Shown here: positions 19,341 through 30,200 of the stretch, piece by piece
How the letters are laid out: each line of letters opens with the position of its first letter
Numbering within the stretch: the first letter of the stretch is position 1
Origin: Porticoccaceae bacterium
GTDB taxonomy: Bacteria > Pseudomonadota > Gammaproteobacteria > Pseudomonadales > Porticoccaceae
Assembly: GCA_024644595.1 (NCBI GenBank)
Contig: JAHEHL010000002.1
Coordinates: 15,741 to 79,740 of the forward strand
DNA length: 64,000 nt
Direction: 5' to 3'
The notes under the pieces: generated by a model
The model's database searches: none
The model's input: the letters and a program-made list of their open reading frames with translations, nothing else
Told to the model about the DNA's origin: nothing
Translations under genes and position numbers: made by a program

Positions 19341-20009
19341 CTAAAAAATCGGCTGCAAGGCAGGCTCTTCAGGGTCGTGCCAAGCCAGCAGATATTCCAC
19401 CCGCCCGTCTGCCATCAAACGACTTTTATCAATTTCCAGATAACCGAGAAAATCATTGAGATCCCGCTGCGAGTGAGGATACACCGGCATCGGCTCACCA
19501 TCGCGTGGACACTGGGTGAGGCTGCTGTCACTCATCAAACCGTAACATGAGTGCGGCAACTGACAGCGCGCGTTGAGCACCCCAAGACCAAAGCCGCGAG
19601 TATATCGGCCAACATTCGGCTTAAGCGCCTCGGCAAAGGCCTTTAATAACCTGCCATCGAGATAATTAAAAAAGTCCCAAAACAGACAGATATCGATAAT
19701 CATGTGCTGCTCCAACCCCAGCCCACGGCGAAACTGCAACACCAGCTCACTGTGACTGGCGTCATCGCCGATATCGGCAATAAAAGGTTCGGAATAGAGA
19801 TCGACAAAAAGTAATTTGCTTTTGAACTGACTAAACAGATCGACGGTGGCGGCCATAGCCATTCCCATATCGAGAACAACTATCTGCCGATCGTCGGGAA
19901 GAGAGGTAAACAGAGACGCCGCAAGATTACTGCGAAGCTGGGTGCAAAGTGCGTAGGTCTCGACCGCCTCGGACCTCGCTATCGCATTCGCACCAACCTC
20001 TTTAAGCAC
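19341..20009 (-). CDS. Hypothetical protein with a degenerate methyltransferase-like core
   Basis: 222-aa ORF with a GTG start. VVLDMGMAMAATVD then LLFVDLY resemble SAM-MTase motif I and post-I, but the Gly-rich loop is lost. Starts 52 nt downstream of the bactofilin gene on the same strand. Confidence 0.5.
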   Translation of the reverse strand: MLKEVGANAIARSEAVETYALCTQLRSNLAASLFTSLPDDRQIVVLDMGMAMAATVDLFSQFKSKLLFVDLYSEPFIADIGDDASHSELVLQFRRGLGLEQHMIIDICLFWDFFNYLDGRLLKAFAEALKPNVGRYTRGFGLGVLNARCQLPHSCYGLMSDSSLTQCPRDGEPMPVYPHSQRDLNDFLGYLEIDKSRLMADGRVEYLLAWHDPEEPALQPIF

Positions 20010-20061
20010 AGCGCTTACCCTTTCACTTTTTTATTATTGATCCGATTAAACTAAACGCGGC

Positions 20062-20589
20062 TCAGGATGCCTTCGATGTTTCGCTATCGGCACCCACAGG
20101 GAACAGATCGGCTTTGCCGTTCACAACCGCTTTGACCGGAGACTCAGCTGTTGCGGGCTCATCAGGATCCATCTCAATGCTGCCTTTAAACTTGGCACCA
20201 TCTTCGAGAGTGACGCGAGGTGCGTCAATATTGCCGAGCACATTGCCCGTATTGGCAATAATAACTTTCTCGCCACCTGAAATATCGCCCTGCACATTGC
20301 CCTCAACGCGCACCACTTTGGCGACAATATCAGCTTTTAACTGTCCCGATTTTCCTATCGTTACTTCATGCTCTTTAGCGGTAATTGTGCCAAAAACATT
20401 TCCTTCGACAACCAGATCTTCGCCACTGGTAATTTGACCTTCGATAACAACTGTTGAACCAATCATCGCTTTTCCTCCAACGGAATAAGGAGACTTTACA
20501 GACGCCTCGCCATTAAATTTCTCACCTGAAACAGATTGAGATGTGCCAACTTCCTTGGCAAATGGAAACTCTTTTTTACGATTAAACAT
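20062..20589 (-). CDS. Bactofilin (DUF583/CcmA family polymer-forming cytoskeletal protein)
   Basis: ORF 20062..20634 trimmed to MFNRKKEFPF. Repetitive beta-helix segments (VIEGQITSGEDLVVEGNVFGTI..., VRVEGNVQGDISGGEKVIIANTGNVLGNIDAPRVTLEDGAKFKGSIEM). Confidence 0.8.
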   Translation of the reverse strand: MFNRKKEFPFAKEVGTSQSVSGEKFNGEASVKSPYSVGGKAMIGSTVVIEGQITSGEDLVVEGNVFGTITAKEHEVTIGKSGQLKADIVAKVVRVEGNVQGDISGGEKVIIANTGNVLGNIDAPRVTLEDGAKFKGSIEMDPDEPATAESPVKAVVNGKADLFPVGADSETSKAS

Positions 20590-20703
20590 TACAAATACCA
20601 ATCTCAATTTTAAAACGGCCGACCATGCTATCAAGTTATGCGCAGATCATCCAGTCTAACCACCTGATTTATATTGAGAAAATATCCACAAAAATTTAAA
20701 AAA

Positions 20704-22638
20704 TTAGCTCTCGAATTGTTCGATTTGCTGCTGCACATCAAACCACTCTTCTTCTATCTGGGCGATTTGCTTTTTAAGATCAGCTTGCATCGAAAGCTGC
20801 TGTTTTAATTTCATTTTATTATCGTCGGAATATATTTCACCATCTGCCAGCGACGTTTCCACACCACCTAACTGTGTTTGCAGTTTTTCAACTTTTGATT
20901 CCAGTTGTGACGATTTTTGGGTCAAGGGTGCGAGCAGCTTGCGCGCATCTGCTGCCTGTTGGCGTTGTCGTTTTTTATCGTCAGCGGTTAATTTTTCAAC
21001 CTGTGCAGAATCGTCACTCGGCGCAATAGTATCTGCTGACTGCGCACCCGCAACCAGCGGCACGCGATTAAAGTTCTTCAACCACTGTTGATAATCTTTT
21101 AAATCGCCATCAAACTCCTTCACCCTACCGTCGGCCACCAGATAAAACTCATCGACTGTGTTGCGCAGCAGATGACGATCGTGGGAGATCACAACCAATG
21201 CGCCTTCATAATTCTGCAGCGCCATGGTCAGCGCCTGACGCATTTCCAGATCCAGATGATTGGTCGGCTCATCAAGCAACAATAAATTGGGCTTCTGCCA
21301 GACAATTAAGGCCAGCGCAACACGGGCTTTTTCACCACCGGAAAATAGTTTGATCGGCTCAAGCGCGCGATCACCATGAAAATCAAATCCACCGAGAAAA
21401 TTGCGAAGTTCCTGATCGGTCGCTTTGGGACTAATTCGCTGCAAATGCAAAAATGCACTTGCCTGCAAGTCTAAAACTTCTAATTGGTGTTGCGCAAAAT
21501 AACCAATTTTTACGTTGTCGCCATAAACTCTCTCGCCTTGCAGCAACTTTAGATCGCCCGTCAGTGTCGAAATTAATGTCGACTTGCCAGCACCATTTGG
21601 ACCAAGTAATCCGATTCGAGAGCCGGGCTGCAAATCAAAATTAACCTGCGACAAAATGGCTGTTTCTTGTTTATAGCCAAGCGTTGCCTGGCTTAAATTT
21701 GCCAGGGCACTGTGAGCTTGTTTTGCTGCAGAAAAATTAAAATAAAACGGCGAGTCAATATGAGCCGGCGCGATGTCTTCCATCCGCTGCAATTCTTTTA
21801 AACGGCTCTGAGCCTGTTTCGCTTTTGACGCCTTATAGCGAAACCGCGCAACAAATTCCTCAACATCTTTACGACGTTTTTGTTGTTTTTCAAAACTCGC
21901 CTGCTGCAACGCAAGACGCTCAGCACGAACACGCTCAAAGGTTGAATAGTTGCCCTTGTAAGCATTTATTTTGCTGTGCTCAATATGCACAATTCGCTCG
22001 GCAACATTATCGATAAAATCGCGATCGTGAGAAATAATTAGCAGCGTTCCCGAATAGCTCTGCAACCACTGCTCCAACCACAGCGTGGCATCCAAATCGA
22101 GGTGATTAGTCGGCTCATCTAACAACATTAAATCAGATGGGCTCATCAGCGCCTGTGCCAAATTCAGGCGAATCCTCCAGCCACCGGAAAAACTGTTCAC
22201 GGGTCGCTCTATCTCTGACTGTGCAAACCCCAAACCATGCAATAGCTGTTCGGCCCGGTAGCGCGCATCAAAACCGTTGGCGGCATCGAGCTTTTCATAT
22301 TCCAGCGCCAGACGATTGTGATCCTCATCGAGCAGCGCCTGCTCAATCGCCCGTTCAATCTTTCGAATCAGCGGATCGCCATCGAGTACAAACTCGACCG
22401 CACTGTGCTCAGAGTTGGCCAACTCCTGAGCCATATGGGCGATACGCCAGTCCGCGGGAATATACAACTCGCCTGCATCCGGGCCAATCTCGCCCATCAG
22501 CAGTTTAAACAGAGTCGACTTGCCGCAGCCATTGGCGCCAATAATACCGATATGCTGTCCAGGATGGATAACCAGCTCGGCATCCTGCAACAGCACCTTG
22601 GTGCCACGTCGCAGCTCGATATCAGTTAACGTAATCAT
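20704..22638 (-). CDS. ABC-F family ATPase (YheS-like)
   Basis: 644-aa ORF. Two ABC cassettes (GANGCGKST and GPNGAGKST), no transmembrane domain, an inter-domain linker and a C-terminal coiled-coil tail. Confidence 0.9.
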   Translation of the reverse strand: MITLTDIELRRGTKVLLQDAELVIHPGQHIGIIGANGCGKSTLFKLLMGEIGPDAGELYIPADWRIAHMAQELANSEHSAVEFVLDGDPLIRKIERAIEQALLDEDHNRLALEYEKLDAANGFDARYRAEQLLHGLGFAQSEIERPVNSFSGGWRIRLNLAQALMSPSDLMLLDEPTNHLDLDATLWLEQWLQSYSGTLLIISHDRDFIDNVAERIVHIEHSKINAYKGNYSTFERVRAERLALQQASFEKQQKRRKDVEEFVARFRYKASKAKQAQSRLKELQRMEDIAPAHIDSPFYFNFSAAKQAHSALANLSQATLGYKQETAILSQVNFDLQPGSRIGLLGPNGAGKSTLISTLTGDLKLLQGERVYGDNVKIGYFAQHQLEVLDLQASAFLHLQRISPKATDQELRNFLGGFDFHGDRALEPIKLFSGGEKARVALALIVWQKPNLLLLDEPTNHLDLEMRQALTMALQNYEGALVVISHDRHLLRNTVDEFYLVADGRVKEFDGDLKDYQQWLKNFNRVPLVAGAQSADTIAPSDDSAQVEKLTADDKKRQRQQAADARKLLAPLTQKSSQLESKVEKLQTQLGGVETSLADGEIYSDDNKMKLKQQLSMQADLKKQIAQIEEEWFDVQQQIEQFES

Positions 22639-22647
22639 AGCGCGCGC

Positions 22648-24489
22648 TTATTCAAGGCCGAGGAAGCCACCGGACTGGTGGCTCCAGAGGCTGGCATAGA
22701 GGCCATTTTTGACCAATAACTGTTGATGACTACCCTGCTCAACAACCACTCCCTTATCAAACACGATCAGGCGATCCATTGCGGCAATGGTCGACAGGCG
22801 GTGGGCGATAGCGATCACCGTTTTACCGCCCATCAATTGATTGAGACTCTGCTGAATAGTCGCCTCAACTTCTGAATCGAGCGCAGATGTGGCTTCATCA
22901 AGCACCAAAATTGGTGCATCTTTTAACAGCACCCGCGCGATAGCAATGCGCTGACGCTGACCACCAGACAGGGTTACACCGCGCTCGCCAACATGGGCGT
23001 CATAGCCACGGCGGCCTTTGTTATCGCGCAAACTGAGCACAAAGTCATGGGCCTGAGCCTGTTTCGCCGCGGCAATCATCTGCTCTTCTGTGGCCTCGGG
23101 GCGCCCAAACATAATATTTTCGCGCACCGACCTGTGCAGCAGCGAGGTGTCCTGGGTGACCATGGCAATTTTGTTGCGCAGACTATCCTGTGAAACATCG
23201 CGCAGGTCCTGCTGGTCGATTTTCAGGGCACCGCTCTGAACATCAAAAAACCGCAACAACAGATTCACCAGCGTCGACTTGCCGGCACCACTGCGACCGA
23301 CAATGCCAACTTTTTCGCCAGGGGCAATTGTCAGATTCAGGTCTTTAAACACCTGTTCTGGATTATCTTGATCCTGATTGTAAGCAAAGTTGACCTGATC
23401 AAACTGAATCTCACCGCGTTCAACCTGCAGAACAGATGCTGATTCAGTGTCAGTGATCGCGTGGGGAATCGAGATGGTATTGATGCCATCCTGTACCGTG
23501 CCGATATTTTCAAACAAACTGGTGATCTCGTACATAATCCAGTGTGACATACCGGTCAGTCGAATCGCCAGACTCATCACCACCGCCACCGCACCGGGCG
23601 TAACCGAGCCGCTTACCCAGAGATGAATGCCAAGTGCCGCGGTGCTGAACACCAGCAGCATGTTCAAAGTCCACAGCGAGATATTAAGCTTGGTCACCAA
23701 ACGCATTTGCGGATGCACGGTATCGAGAAATTCGCTCATACCCTCTTTGACATAAGCCGACTCACGGGCACTGTGAGAAAACAGCTTGAGCGTCACAATA
23801 TTGGTATAGCTGTCGACAATACGCCCGGTCATCAGTGAGCGCGCATCGGCCTGGCGCATGGCAATATGCTTCATACGCGGCACAAAAAAGCGCTGAATCG
23901 CAATATAACCCACCAGCCAGATCGCCAGCGGCAGGCACAAGCGCGGGTCGGCGCTGGCCACCAGAATCAACATGGTGGTGAGGTAGATCACCACAAACAG
24001 AATCACGGTGAGCAACTTCATCACCGTATCGCGCACAGCGAGCGCAGTTTGCATCACCTTGGTGGCAATGCGCCCACTAAATTCGTTCTGAAAAAAACCA
24101 TAGCTCTGATTAAGCAGATAGCGGTGCGCCTGCCAGCGCACCGTCATGGGGAAATTGCCCATCAGTGTTTGGTGCACCACCAGCGATTGCAGCGCATTGG
24201 CCAGCGGAATCAACACCAGCATAAATACCGTCATGGCCAGCAGCGTGGGCCAGGAGTCGGCATAAAATGTCTCGGGATCACTGGTCGCCAACCAATCCAC
24301 CACCTGCCCGAGAATTCCAAACAGCATCGCCTCACCCACTGCCGTAAAGGCCGTCAGCACGGCCATCAATATCAGCCAGCGCTCCATACCACGGGTGTAA
24401 TAACGACAGAACTGATAGAGTCCACGGGGTGGGCGTTGTGGTAAATGACTCGGAAAAGGGTCGACCAGACGTTCAAAAAAACCGAACAT
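22648..24489 (-). CDS. ABC exporter, fused permease/ATPase (MsbA-like type I exporter)
   Basis: 613-aa ORF. N-terminal 6-TM domain followed by an NBD (GRSGAGKST, LSGGQRQRIAIAR, LVLDEATSALD). Confidence 0.9.
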   Translation of the reverse strand: MFGFFERLVDPFPSHLPQRPPRGLYQFCRYYTRGMERWLILMAVLTAFTAVGEAMLFGILGQVVDWLATSDPETFYADSWPTLLAMTVFMLVLIPLANALQSLVVHQTLMGNFPMTVRWQAHRYLLNQSYGFFQNEFSGRIATKVMQTALAVRDTVMKLLTVILFVVIYLTTMLILVASADPRLCLPLAIWLVGYIAIQRFFVPRMKHIAMRQADARSLMTGRIVDSYTNIVTLKLFSHSARESAYVKEGMSEFLDTVHPQMRLVTKLNISLWTLNMLLVFSTAALGIHLWVSGSVTPGAVAVVMSLAIRLTGMSHWIMYEITSLFENIGTVQDGINTISIPHAITDTESASVLQVERGEIQFDQVNFAYNQDQDNPEQVFKDLNLTIAPGEKVGIVGRSGAGKSTLVNLLLRFFDVQSGALKIDQQDLRDVSQDSLRNKIAMVTQDTSLLHRSVRENIMFGRPEATEEQMIAAAKQAQAHDFVLSLRDNKGRRGYDAHVGERGVTLSGGQRQRIAIARVLLKDAPILVLDEATSALDSEVEATIQQSLNQLMGGKTVIAIAHRLSTIAAMDRLIVFDKGVVVEQGSHQQLLVKNGLYASLWSHQSGGFLGLE

Positions 24490-24596
24490 TTAAAATCCTA
24501 TTTTTAAATTCTATGATGAGGCGATCAGGTTAATACTCGTCACACTGATGTGCGGCCGCCATAATAACAAGATCCAGCCCCTGTCAGGAGAAACAA

Positions 24597-27383
24597 ATGA
24601 CTATTCGAACTGCTTTATTTGCGCCACTCGTTTGCCTTGCGCTTATCCTCTGTCTGCCAGCCGTGGCTGCGATCGATCTTGAAGCAGAGCGAATGATTGA
24701 CCATCTCGCCAAACTCGAGTTTGATAAACTCGGCAGCCCGCAAATAAAAAGCGACTCAATCAAACCGGTGCTGGCCCCCGCAGATCGCCCTCATCAGCTG
24801 CTGGTGATCGCAGTCGAATTTCCTGAGCTCGGTTATGACCGCTTTGCCGGCGACAAAAATCAGAACAGCAAAAATCGCAACTACCTGCAAAAACTATTAT
24901 TCGGCGGCAGCGTCAAACGTCCCAATCCCGGCACCTTGTCGCACTATTATCGTCACCAGTCGAAGGGCCTCTATCACGTCACCGGCAAGGTCATGCCCAC
25001 GGCGGCAGTCGACAAACCGCTCTCTTATTATGGCCGCCCGATACAAAATGCTGATGGCAGCTGGCGCAATGACAACCACACCGACGAACTGGTCATCGAT
25101 GCACTGCGCTCCGCCTATAGTGACAACCCGGATTTCCCCTGGCACGACTACGACATCTGGGATCCACAAGACTTTGACGGCGACGGCAATCGCGCTGAAC
25201 CCGACGGCTATCTCGACCATCTGGTAATTGTCTATGCCGGTAAAGGTCAGTCCTCCTGCCAGGGCCTGTATAAGCTCAGCGAAAAATTTACGGTAAATGC
25301 CGATGAAAGTGTCTTTGACACCTTGCCCCAGGCCGAGCGCGACTGTGCAGATCGCATCTGGCCGCACCGCAGCTCACTCAATCGCGACCTCGGCAAAGGC
25401 CCAACCATCGAAGGTATGACCAATGGTCGCGGCGGCATCAAGATTGAAGATGGCCTGTGGCTCTACGACTACAATATGCAGTCGGAATACACCGAGGTCT
25501 CAACGTTTATCCATGAGTTTGGCCACTCATTGGGTCTGCCAGATATCTATGCCAGCTCAACCAACAACTCCACGGCGTCATGGGAAGCCATGTCATCGAC
25601 CAGCTCTCCAGAACCACAGGAACTCAGCAGTTGGTCGCGCATGGTACTCGGCTGGTTGAATCCATGCATCGTCAGACCACCAAGTTTTGGTGGTGACAAG
25701 CGCAGCTCGATGTATCTGAAAACCATGAATGACTGGTCCAACAAACCCGGCACTGAAACCAGCCGCGGCGTCTGCGATGCCAGTATGGTTATTCTGCCGC
25801 CCAAGATTCGAGAACTGAATCTTGGACCACTGGGAACAGCCCAGGGCAACTATGCCGCCTACTCCGGTCAGGGCAATGACCTGCATAACTTCCTCAGCCG
25901 CAGCTTTGACCTGCGCACAGTGGCCGCCGATCAGCCACTGACGCTCAGTTTTGACAGCTGGTTTAAAATCGAGTCGGATTGGGATTACCTTTATATAGAA
26001 GCGTCATCGGACGGCGGAGAATATCAACGCTTGCTGCCCACCGACAAAGACAACGCCGCCGACACCAATAGCAGCATGCCCTCGAAAAAGGGCCATGAGG
26101 GCGAAGGCTCGCTGCCCGGCTTTAGCGGACGCTCAGGAGATATGGATGGCGACGGCAAAGTAGAAACCGCGCAAGGCTGTGACCCGACAGCAAACACGGT
26201 TTTAGCAGAAGATCGACTGGCCAACAGTGCAGCAAACCCCTGTGAAAGCGCCCAGTGGATCCTGGTGGAATTTGACTTAGAGGCCTATCGCGGCAAACAG
26301 GTGAGCATTCGCTTCCACTACTTTGCCGACGGCGCAGCGGTCGAAGATGGCGCTCTGGTCGACAATATTGCCCTCCCCGCAATCGACTACCGCGAAGATT
26401 TTGAAAGCGGCGCCATCAAGGGCTGGAGCAGTCAGGGCTTCACTCTGAGCTCCGGCGAGCACCGCATTGCCGTGCCGCACTTCTATCTGCTCGAATACCG
26501 CGACCCCTACGCCAAATTCGACAAAGTCAAAAATTACGATGCCAGCATCGCCAAGCCCGGCTTTTCGTTTTACAAAGATGACGACGGCGAGATGAAAGCA
26601 TTTAGCGCCAACTACCGTCCCGGCGTATTGGCCTGGTATTACAACGGCGAATATCTCTGGAGTCAGAACGAACCAGCACAGTTTGGACCGGGCAATGGCT
26701 TCCTGTTACTGGTGGATGCCAACCCGCAGGAATTTAAACTGCCCAGCGTGCCAGAGCAGTATTATAAAAATCAGGACGGCTGGACCTTCTACGAATTTGA
26801 CGACCAAGCGCAGCCCTGGCTGCATGACAACTTTGTCGATGTTATGTGCCACCAGCGCCGCGAGGCATTCTACGCCAGCGATGTCACCGAACAAGATCGC
26901 CAGCGCTGTCGTCAATCACTGGTCAATGGCCTACCACCAGTCGAATCACTTAGCTGGGATGGCCGCCCACTTATGTATGGCTACACCCTCATCAACAGTC
27001 TACTGCCGGGCGCCGACCGGTTAAAATTTAAAGGCGTTTCAACACTGTTTGACCTGCGAATTCGCAAAGGCGAAACCCAGTATCGGCTCTATGATCGCTC
27101 GCTGCGCAACCGCCACTCGGGCGATGCGCCCTTTGCGCTAAAACCTTTCGAAAAAGGCGTATCAATTTATGCAGCCGAGGGACAACAGCTGGTTGAACAG
27201 AGCAGCAGTGCCTACCCGGCGGTAAGTGCATTTAGCGACGCGCGACCCAACCGCTACCAAAGCCCAAAACTGCCGTTTGGCGGCGCCAATATTCCTGAGG
27301 TGGGCATGAGCTTTAAACTCGGCGAGCCCTCAGAGAACGCGCCAAAAGAGGCTCAGGTAAAAGTGGTTGTCGACTGGAACTAG
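24597..27383 (+). CDS. Secreted M6 family (immune inhibitor A-like) zinc metalloprotease
   Basis: 928-aa ORF. Signal peptide (LVCLALILCLPAVAA), HEFGHSLGLPD zinc motif, large C-terminal extension. Confidence 0.8.
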   Translation: MTIRTALFAPLVCLALILCLPAVAAIDLEAERMIDHLAKLEFDKLGSPQIKSDSIKPVLAPADRPHQLLVIAVEFPELGYDRFAGDKNQNSKNRNYLQKLLFGGSVKRPNPGTLSHYYRHQSKGLYHVTGKVMPTAAVDKPLSYYGRPIQNADGSWRNDNHTDELVIDALRSAYSDNPDFPWHDYDIWDPQDFDGDGNRAEPDGYLDHLVIVYAGKGQSSCQGLYKLSEKFTVNADESVFDTLPQAERDCADRIWPHRSSLNRDLGKGPTIEGMTNGRGGIKIEDGLWLYDYNMQSEYTEVSTFIHEFGHSLGLPDIYASSTNNSTASWEAMSSTSSPEPQELSSWSRMVLGWLNPCIVRPPSFGGDKRSSMYLKTMNDWSNKPGTETSRGVCDASMVILPPKIRELNLGPLGTAQGNYAAYSGQGNDLHNFLSRSFDLRTVAADQPLTLSFDSWFKIESDWDYLYIEASSDGGEYQRLLPTDKDNAADTNSSMPSKKGHEGEGSLPGFSGRSGDMDGDGKVETAQGCDPTANTVLAEDRLANSAANPCESAQWILVEFDLEAYRGKQVSIRFHYFADGAAVEDGALVDNIALPAIDYREDFESGAIKGWSSQGFTLSSGEHRIAVPHFYLLEYRDPYAKFDKVKNYDASIAKPGFSFYKDDDGEMKAFSANYRPGVLAWYYNGEYLWSQNEPAQFGPGNGFLLLVDANPQEFKLPSVPEQYYKNQDGWTFYEFDDQAQPWLHDNFVDVMCHQRREAFYASDVTEQDRQRCRQSLVNGLPPVESLSWDGRPLMYGYTLINSLLPGADRLKFKGVSTLFDLRIRKGETQYRLYDRSLRNRHSGDAPFALKPFEKGVSIYAAEGQQLVEQSSSAYPAVSAFSDARPNRYQSPKLPFGGANIPEVGMSFKLGEPSENAPKEAQVKVVVDWN

Positions 27384-27397
27384 AAACAGGCAAACCG

Positions 27398-28084
27398 TTA
27401 AAACAGCGTTATCAGAGAATCACCGTCCTGCCAGGGCGGTGATTTTTTCATTGCCCTGACAAACAGCTCAGAGGCCAGATGCTCATCCAGCCAAGCGCGA
27501 AGCTTGGGATACGGTGACTGATCAAACCAAGCCTTATCAACAAAGGCAAACTGACGGACAAACGGAAACAGCGCGACATCGGCCAGGGTGATTTGCTCAC
27601 CGAACAGATAGCGCTTCGCACTGAGCCGCGACTCCAGCTGCGCCAAAAACAGCTCTCCCTGAGCCCGATAATAGTCCTGCGACTCGGCGGGAAACCGCTC
27701 CCAATATTTGTAGTGATCAAGCGCCGCTTTAAACTCGCCATCGTTGTGCGCAATCAACTCGTCTGTTGCCTCGCCAAACTCAATCCGGCGCCACTGCCGA
27801 GGATCGCTATCGGCCAGAGCCCAGTGCATAATATCCAGACTCTGATCGAGCACCCTGCCATCCGCCAACTGCAACACCGGCACCGTGCCCTTGGCAGAAA
27901 CTGCCAACATCGATGGCGGTTTGTCGCGCAGCACGACTTCACGCAGCTCGACGTTTATACTCGTGTATAACAGAGCCATCCGCGCACGCATCGCGTAAGG
28001 ACAGCGACGGAAAGAATATAAAATCGGCAGATTTGGAGACACAGTATTTCCAGTATTTGGCCAACACGGATTACAAAAAAACAT
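27398..28084 (-). CDS. Glutathione S-transferase family protein
   Basis: 228-aa ORF. Thioredoxin-like N-terminal domain (ILYSFRRCPYAMRARM, GTVPVLQL) and a helical C-terminal domain. Confidence 0.75.
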   Translation of the reverse strand: MFFCNPCWPNTGNTVSPNLPILYSFRRCPYAMRARMALLYTSINVELREVVLRDKPPSMLAVSAKGTVPVLQLADGRVLDQSLDIMHWALADSDPRQWRRIEFGEATDELIAHNDGEFKAALDHYKYWERFPAESQDYYRAQGELFLAQLESRLSAKRYLFGEQITLADVALFPFVRQFAFVDKAWFDQSPYPKLRAWLDEHLASELFVRAMKKSPPWQDGDSLITLF

Positions 28085-28163
28085 GACTAATCACGATAAC
28101 GAAAAATAATAATAACTCATGCATCACTAAAACATGTATCGCCAAAAAAGGTCCGGTAAAACT

Positions 28164-29411
28164 ATGTCTACTCCTGCAGCCCCCAAACCCTTCGATCTCA
28201 TTGTCTTCGGTGCCACCAGTTTTGTCGGCCAAATAATGACTACCTACTTAGTTCAACACCTGGGTGTCAACGGCGACATTGCCTGGGCCATCGCCTCGCG
28301 CTCAGAAAGCAAACTCGCCGAGTTAAAAGCCACACTCGGCGAAGCCGCCAATGACCTGCCGGTGCTGCTCGCCGATTCCCACAACGAAGCCTCACTGCAA
28401 AACCTCTGCAACCAGACCAGGGTGATTCTCTCCACCGTCGGACCCTATGCACTGTATGGTGAACTGTTGATTAAAAGCTGCGCCGAAAGCGGCACCGACT
28501 ACGCCGACCTGACCGGTGAAGCCCACTGGATCAAACAGATGAAGGACAAATATCAACAGACAGCACAGGCCAGCGGTGCCCGCATCGTCAACTGCTGTGG
28601 CTTTGACTCAATCCCCTCAGACATGGGCGTCTTCGCCATGCAGAAACAGGCACAGAGCCAATTTGGTCACCCCATGCCACACGCCAAACTGCGCGTCAAA
28701 GCCATGAAAGGCGGCGCCTCGGGCGGCACCATCGCAAGCATGATTGAAGCACTCAAAGCCGCCAAGGCCGACCCCGCCGTGCGCAAACAAATGGGCAATC
28801 CCTATCTGCTGTGCGGCAGCGACCACCAGTATTCCCAGCGCGGCCTGAGCGTCTCCAGACCCCAGTTCGACAGAGAGTTTAACAACTGGATTGCCCCCTT
28901 CGTAATGGAAGCCATCAACTCCCGCGTCGTGCTGCACTCCAACGCTCTGCTCGGCATGGCCTATGGCAAAAACTTCTCATACACCGAAGGCATGCTCACC
29001 GGCACAGGCTTAAAAGGCCGCGTCGCCGCCATCGCCTCAGCAGTCGGCTTTGGTTTGGTCGGCGTTTGCCTCTACTTCAACACCACCCGCGCCCTGCTGA
29101 CAAAATTTGTGCTGCCCGCCCCCGGCGAAGGCCCAAGCCCAGAAGCACAACTCAACGGCTACTTTGATGTACGCGTCCACGGCCGCGACGACCATGGCAA
29201 CAATGTCACCGTCAAAGTCACCGGCGACCGCGACCCCGGCTATGGCTCCACCGCCAAAATGCTCGCCCAAGCTGGACTCTGCTTGGCAGTGGATATCAGC
29301 AAAACCGATCACCCCGGCGGCTTCACAACACCCTCAGTAGCAATGGGCGATGCGCTGTTAAAACGGCTTGAAAGCCATGCGGGACTGGGTTTTGAAGTGA
29401 TAGAGATATAG
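28164..29411 (+). CDS. Saccharopine dehydrogenase-like NAD(P)-binding protein
   Basis: ORF 28134..29411, with the likely start at MSTPAAPKPFDLIVFGATSFVGQ (Rossmann GxxGxxG). About 415 aa, with a hydrophobic segment near the C-terminal third as is common in this family. Confidence 0.75.
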   Translation: MSTPAAPKPFDLIVFGATSFVGQIMTTYLVQHLGVNGDIAWAIASRSESKLAELKATLGEAANDLPVLLADSHNEASLQNLCNQTRVILSTVGPYALYGELLIKSCAESGTDYADLTGEAHWIKQMKDKYQQTAQASGARIVNCCGFDSIPSDMGVFAMQKQAQSQFGHPMPHAKLRVKAMKGGASGGTIASMIEALKAAKADPAVRKQMGNPYLLCGSDHQYSQRGLSVSRPQFDREFNNWIAPFVMEAINSRVVLHSNALLGMAYGKNFSYTEGMLTGTGLKGRVAAIASAVGFGLVGVCLYFNTTRALLTKFVLPAPGEGPSPEAQLNGYFDVRVHGRDDHGNNVTVKVTGDRDPGYGSTAKMLAQAGLCLAVDISKTDHPGGFTTPSVAMGDALLKRLESHAGLGFEVIEI

Positions 29412-29648
29412 AAGGTGTAGTGGCCTAATAAAACCGGACACCAACCTAGGTGGTAATAAATAGCCACTTTGGCTTGTGTTGGATAGGGATATATCGGACG
29501 AGTAAACGCAGGAGGAAAGCCCTTTTCTATTAGCTACCTATTGTCCGGCAGCTGAGAATCGCAAAGAAACGGCATCCAAAAACAAAACCACGCACTGCTT
29601 CGCGCTCAATTTTGAAGATTTTCCGGTAAATACAGGTTTCATAGACCT

Positions 29649-30200
29649 TCACCGATAAGTGGTGGAATTTCGGACAGGGCGTTTATTTTTCTTATACTCC
29701 AAGTGCACCGTGGATGGACTCGGGCGATTTACATTTATGCCAAAGCTGGTTTCTAGAACTTTAAGCATGGTTTCGATCTCGTCAACTTTGAATTGGCCGC
29801 CAATGCTGATGTCGGCGATTTCTGGGTCGATAATTTGAATGTCGAGCTTGGTGTAGCGGTTAACTTCGTCGATTACTTCGCTGAGTGGCTCCCCGGCAAA
29901 TAACAGCAGCCCCTTACGCCAGGCGAGCTGCTGGCCGAGGTCATCTTCTTTGAGCTGTTGAATTTGATTGCCGAAACCGGTGTCCGCTTGGGGGTTAAAG
30001 TCTACGCTTTGGCCCTTCACTAAATAGCCGCGATCTGACTGGCCTGTTTGTGGTTGAGCTGTTGGCGTCGTGTCTAATTCGGTTGTTGCTGGCAGCACTT
30101 TTGTCGCCGCGGCTAATGCGACTTTGCCTTCTGTGACGATTACTTTTAGCGCCTCTGGGTTTATGCGCACGGTAAAGGCGGTACCAACGGCGCGCACCAT
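29649..30200 (-). pseudogene. FecR-family anti-sigma/sensor remnant (periplasmic half only)
   Basis: The 183-aa ORF starts in the middle of a FecR domain (VRAVGTAFTVR...) and ends with the typical C-terminal module (VNRYTKLDIQIIDPEIADISIGGQFKVDEIETMLKVLE). The same frame upstream hits TAG after about 15 more codons, so the cytoplasmic and TM part is missing. No ECF sigma factor or TonB-dependent receptor gene is adjacent. Confidence 0.65.
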
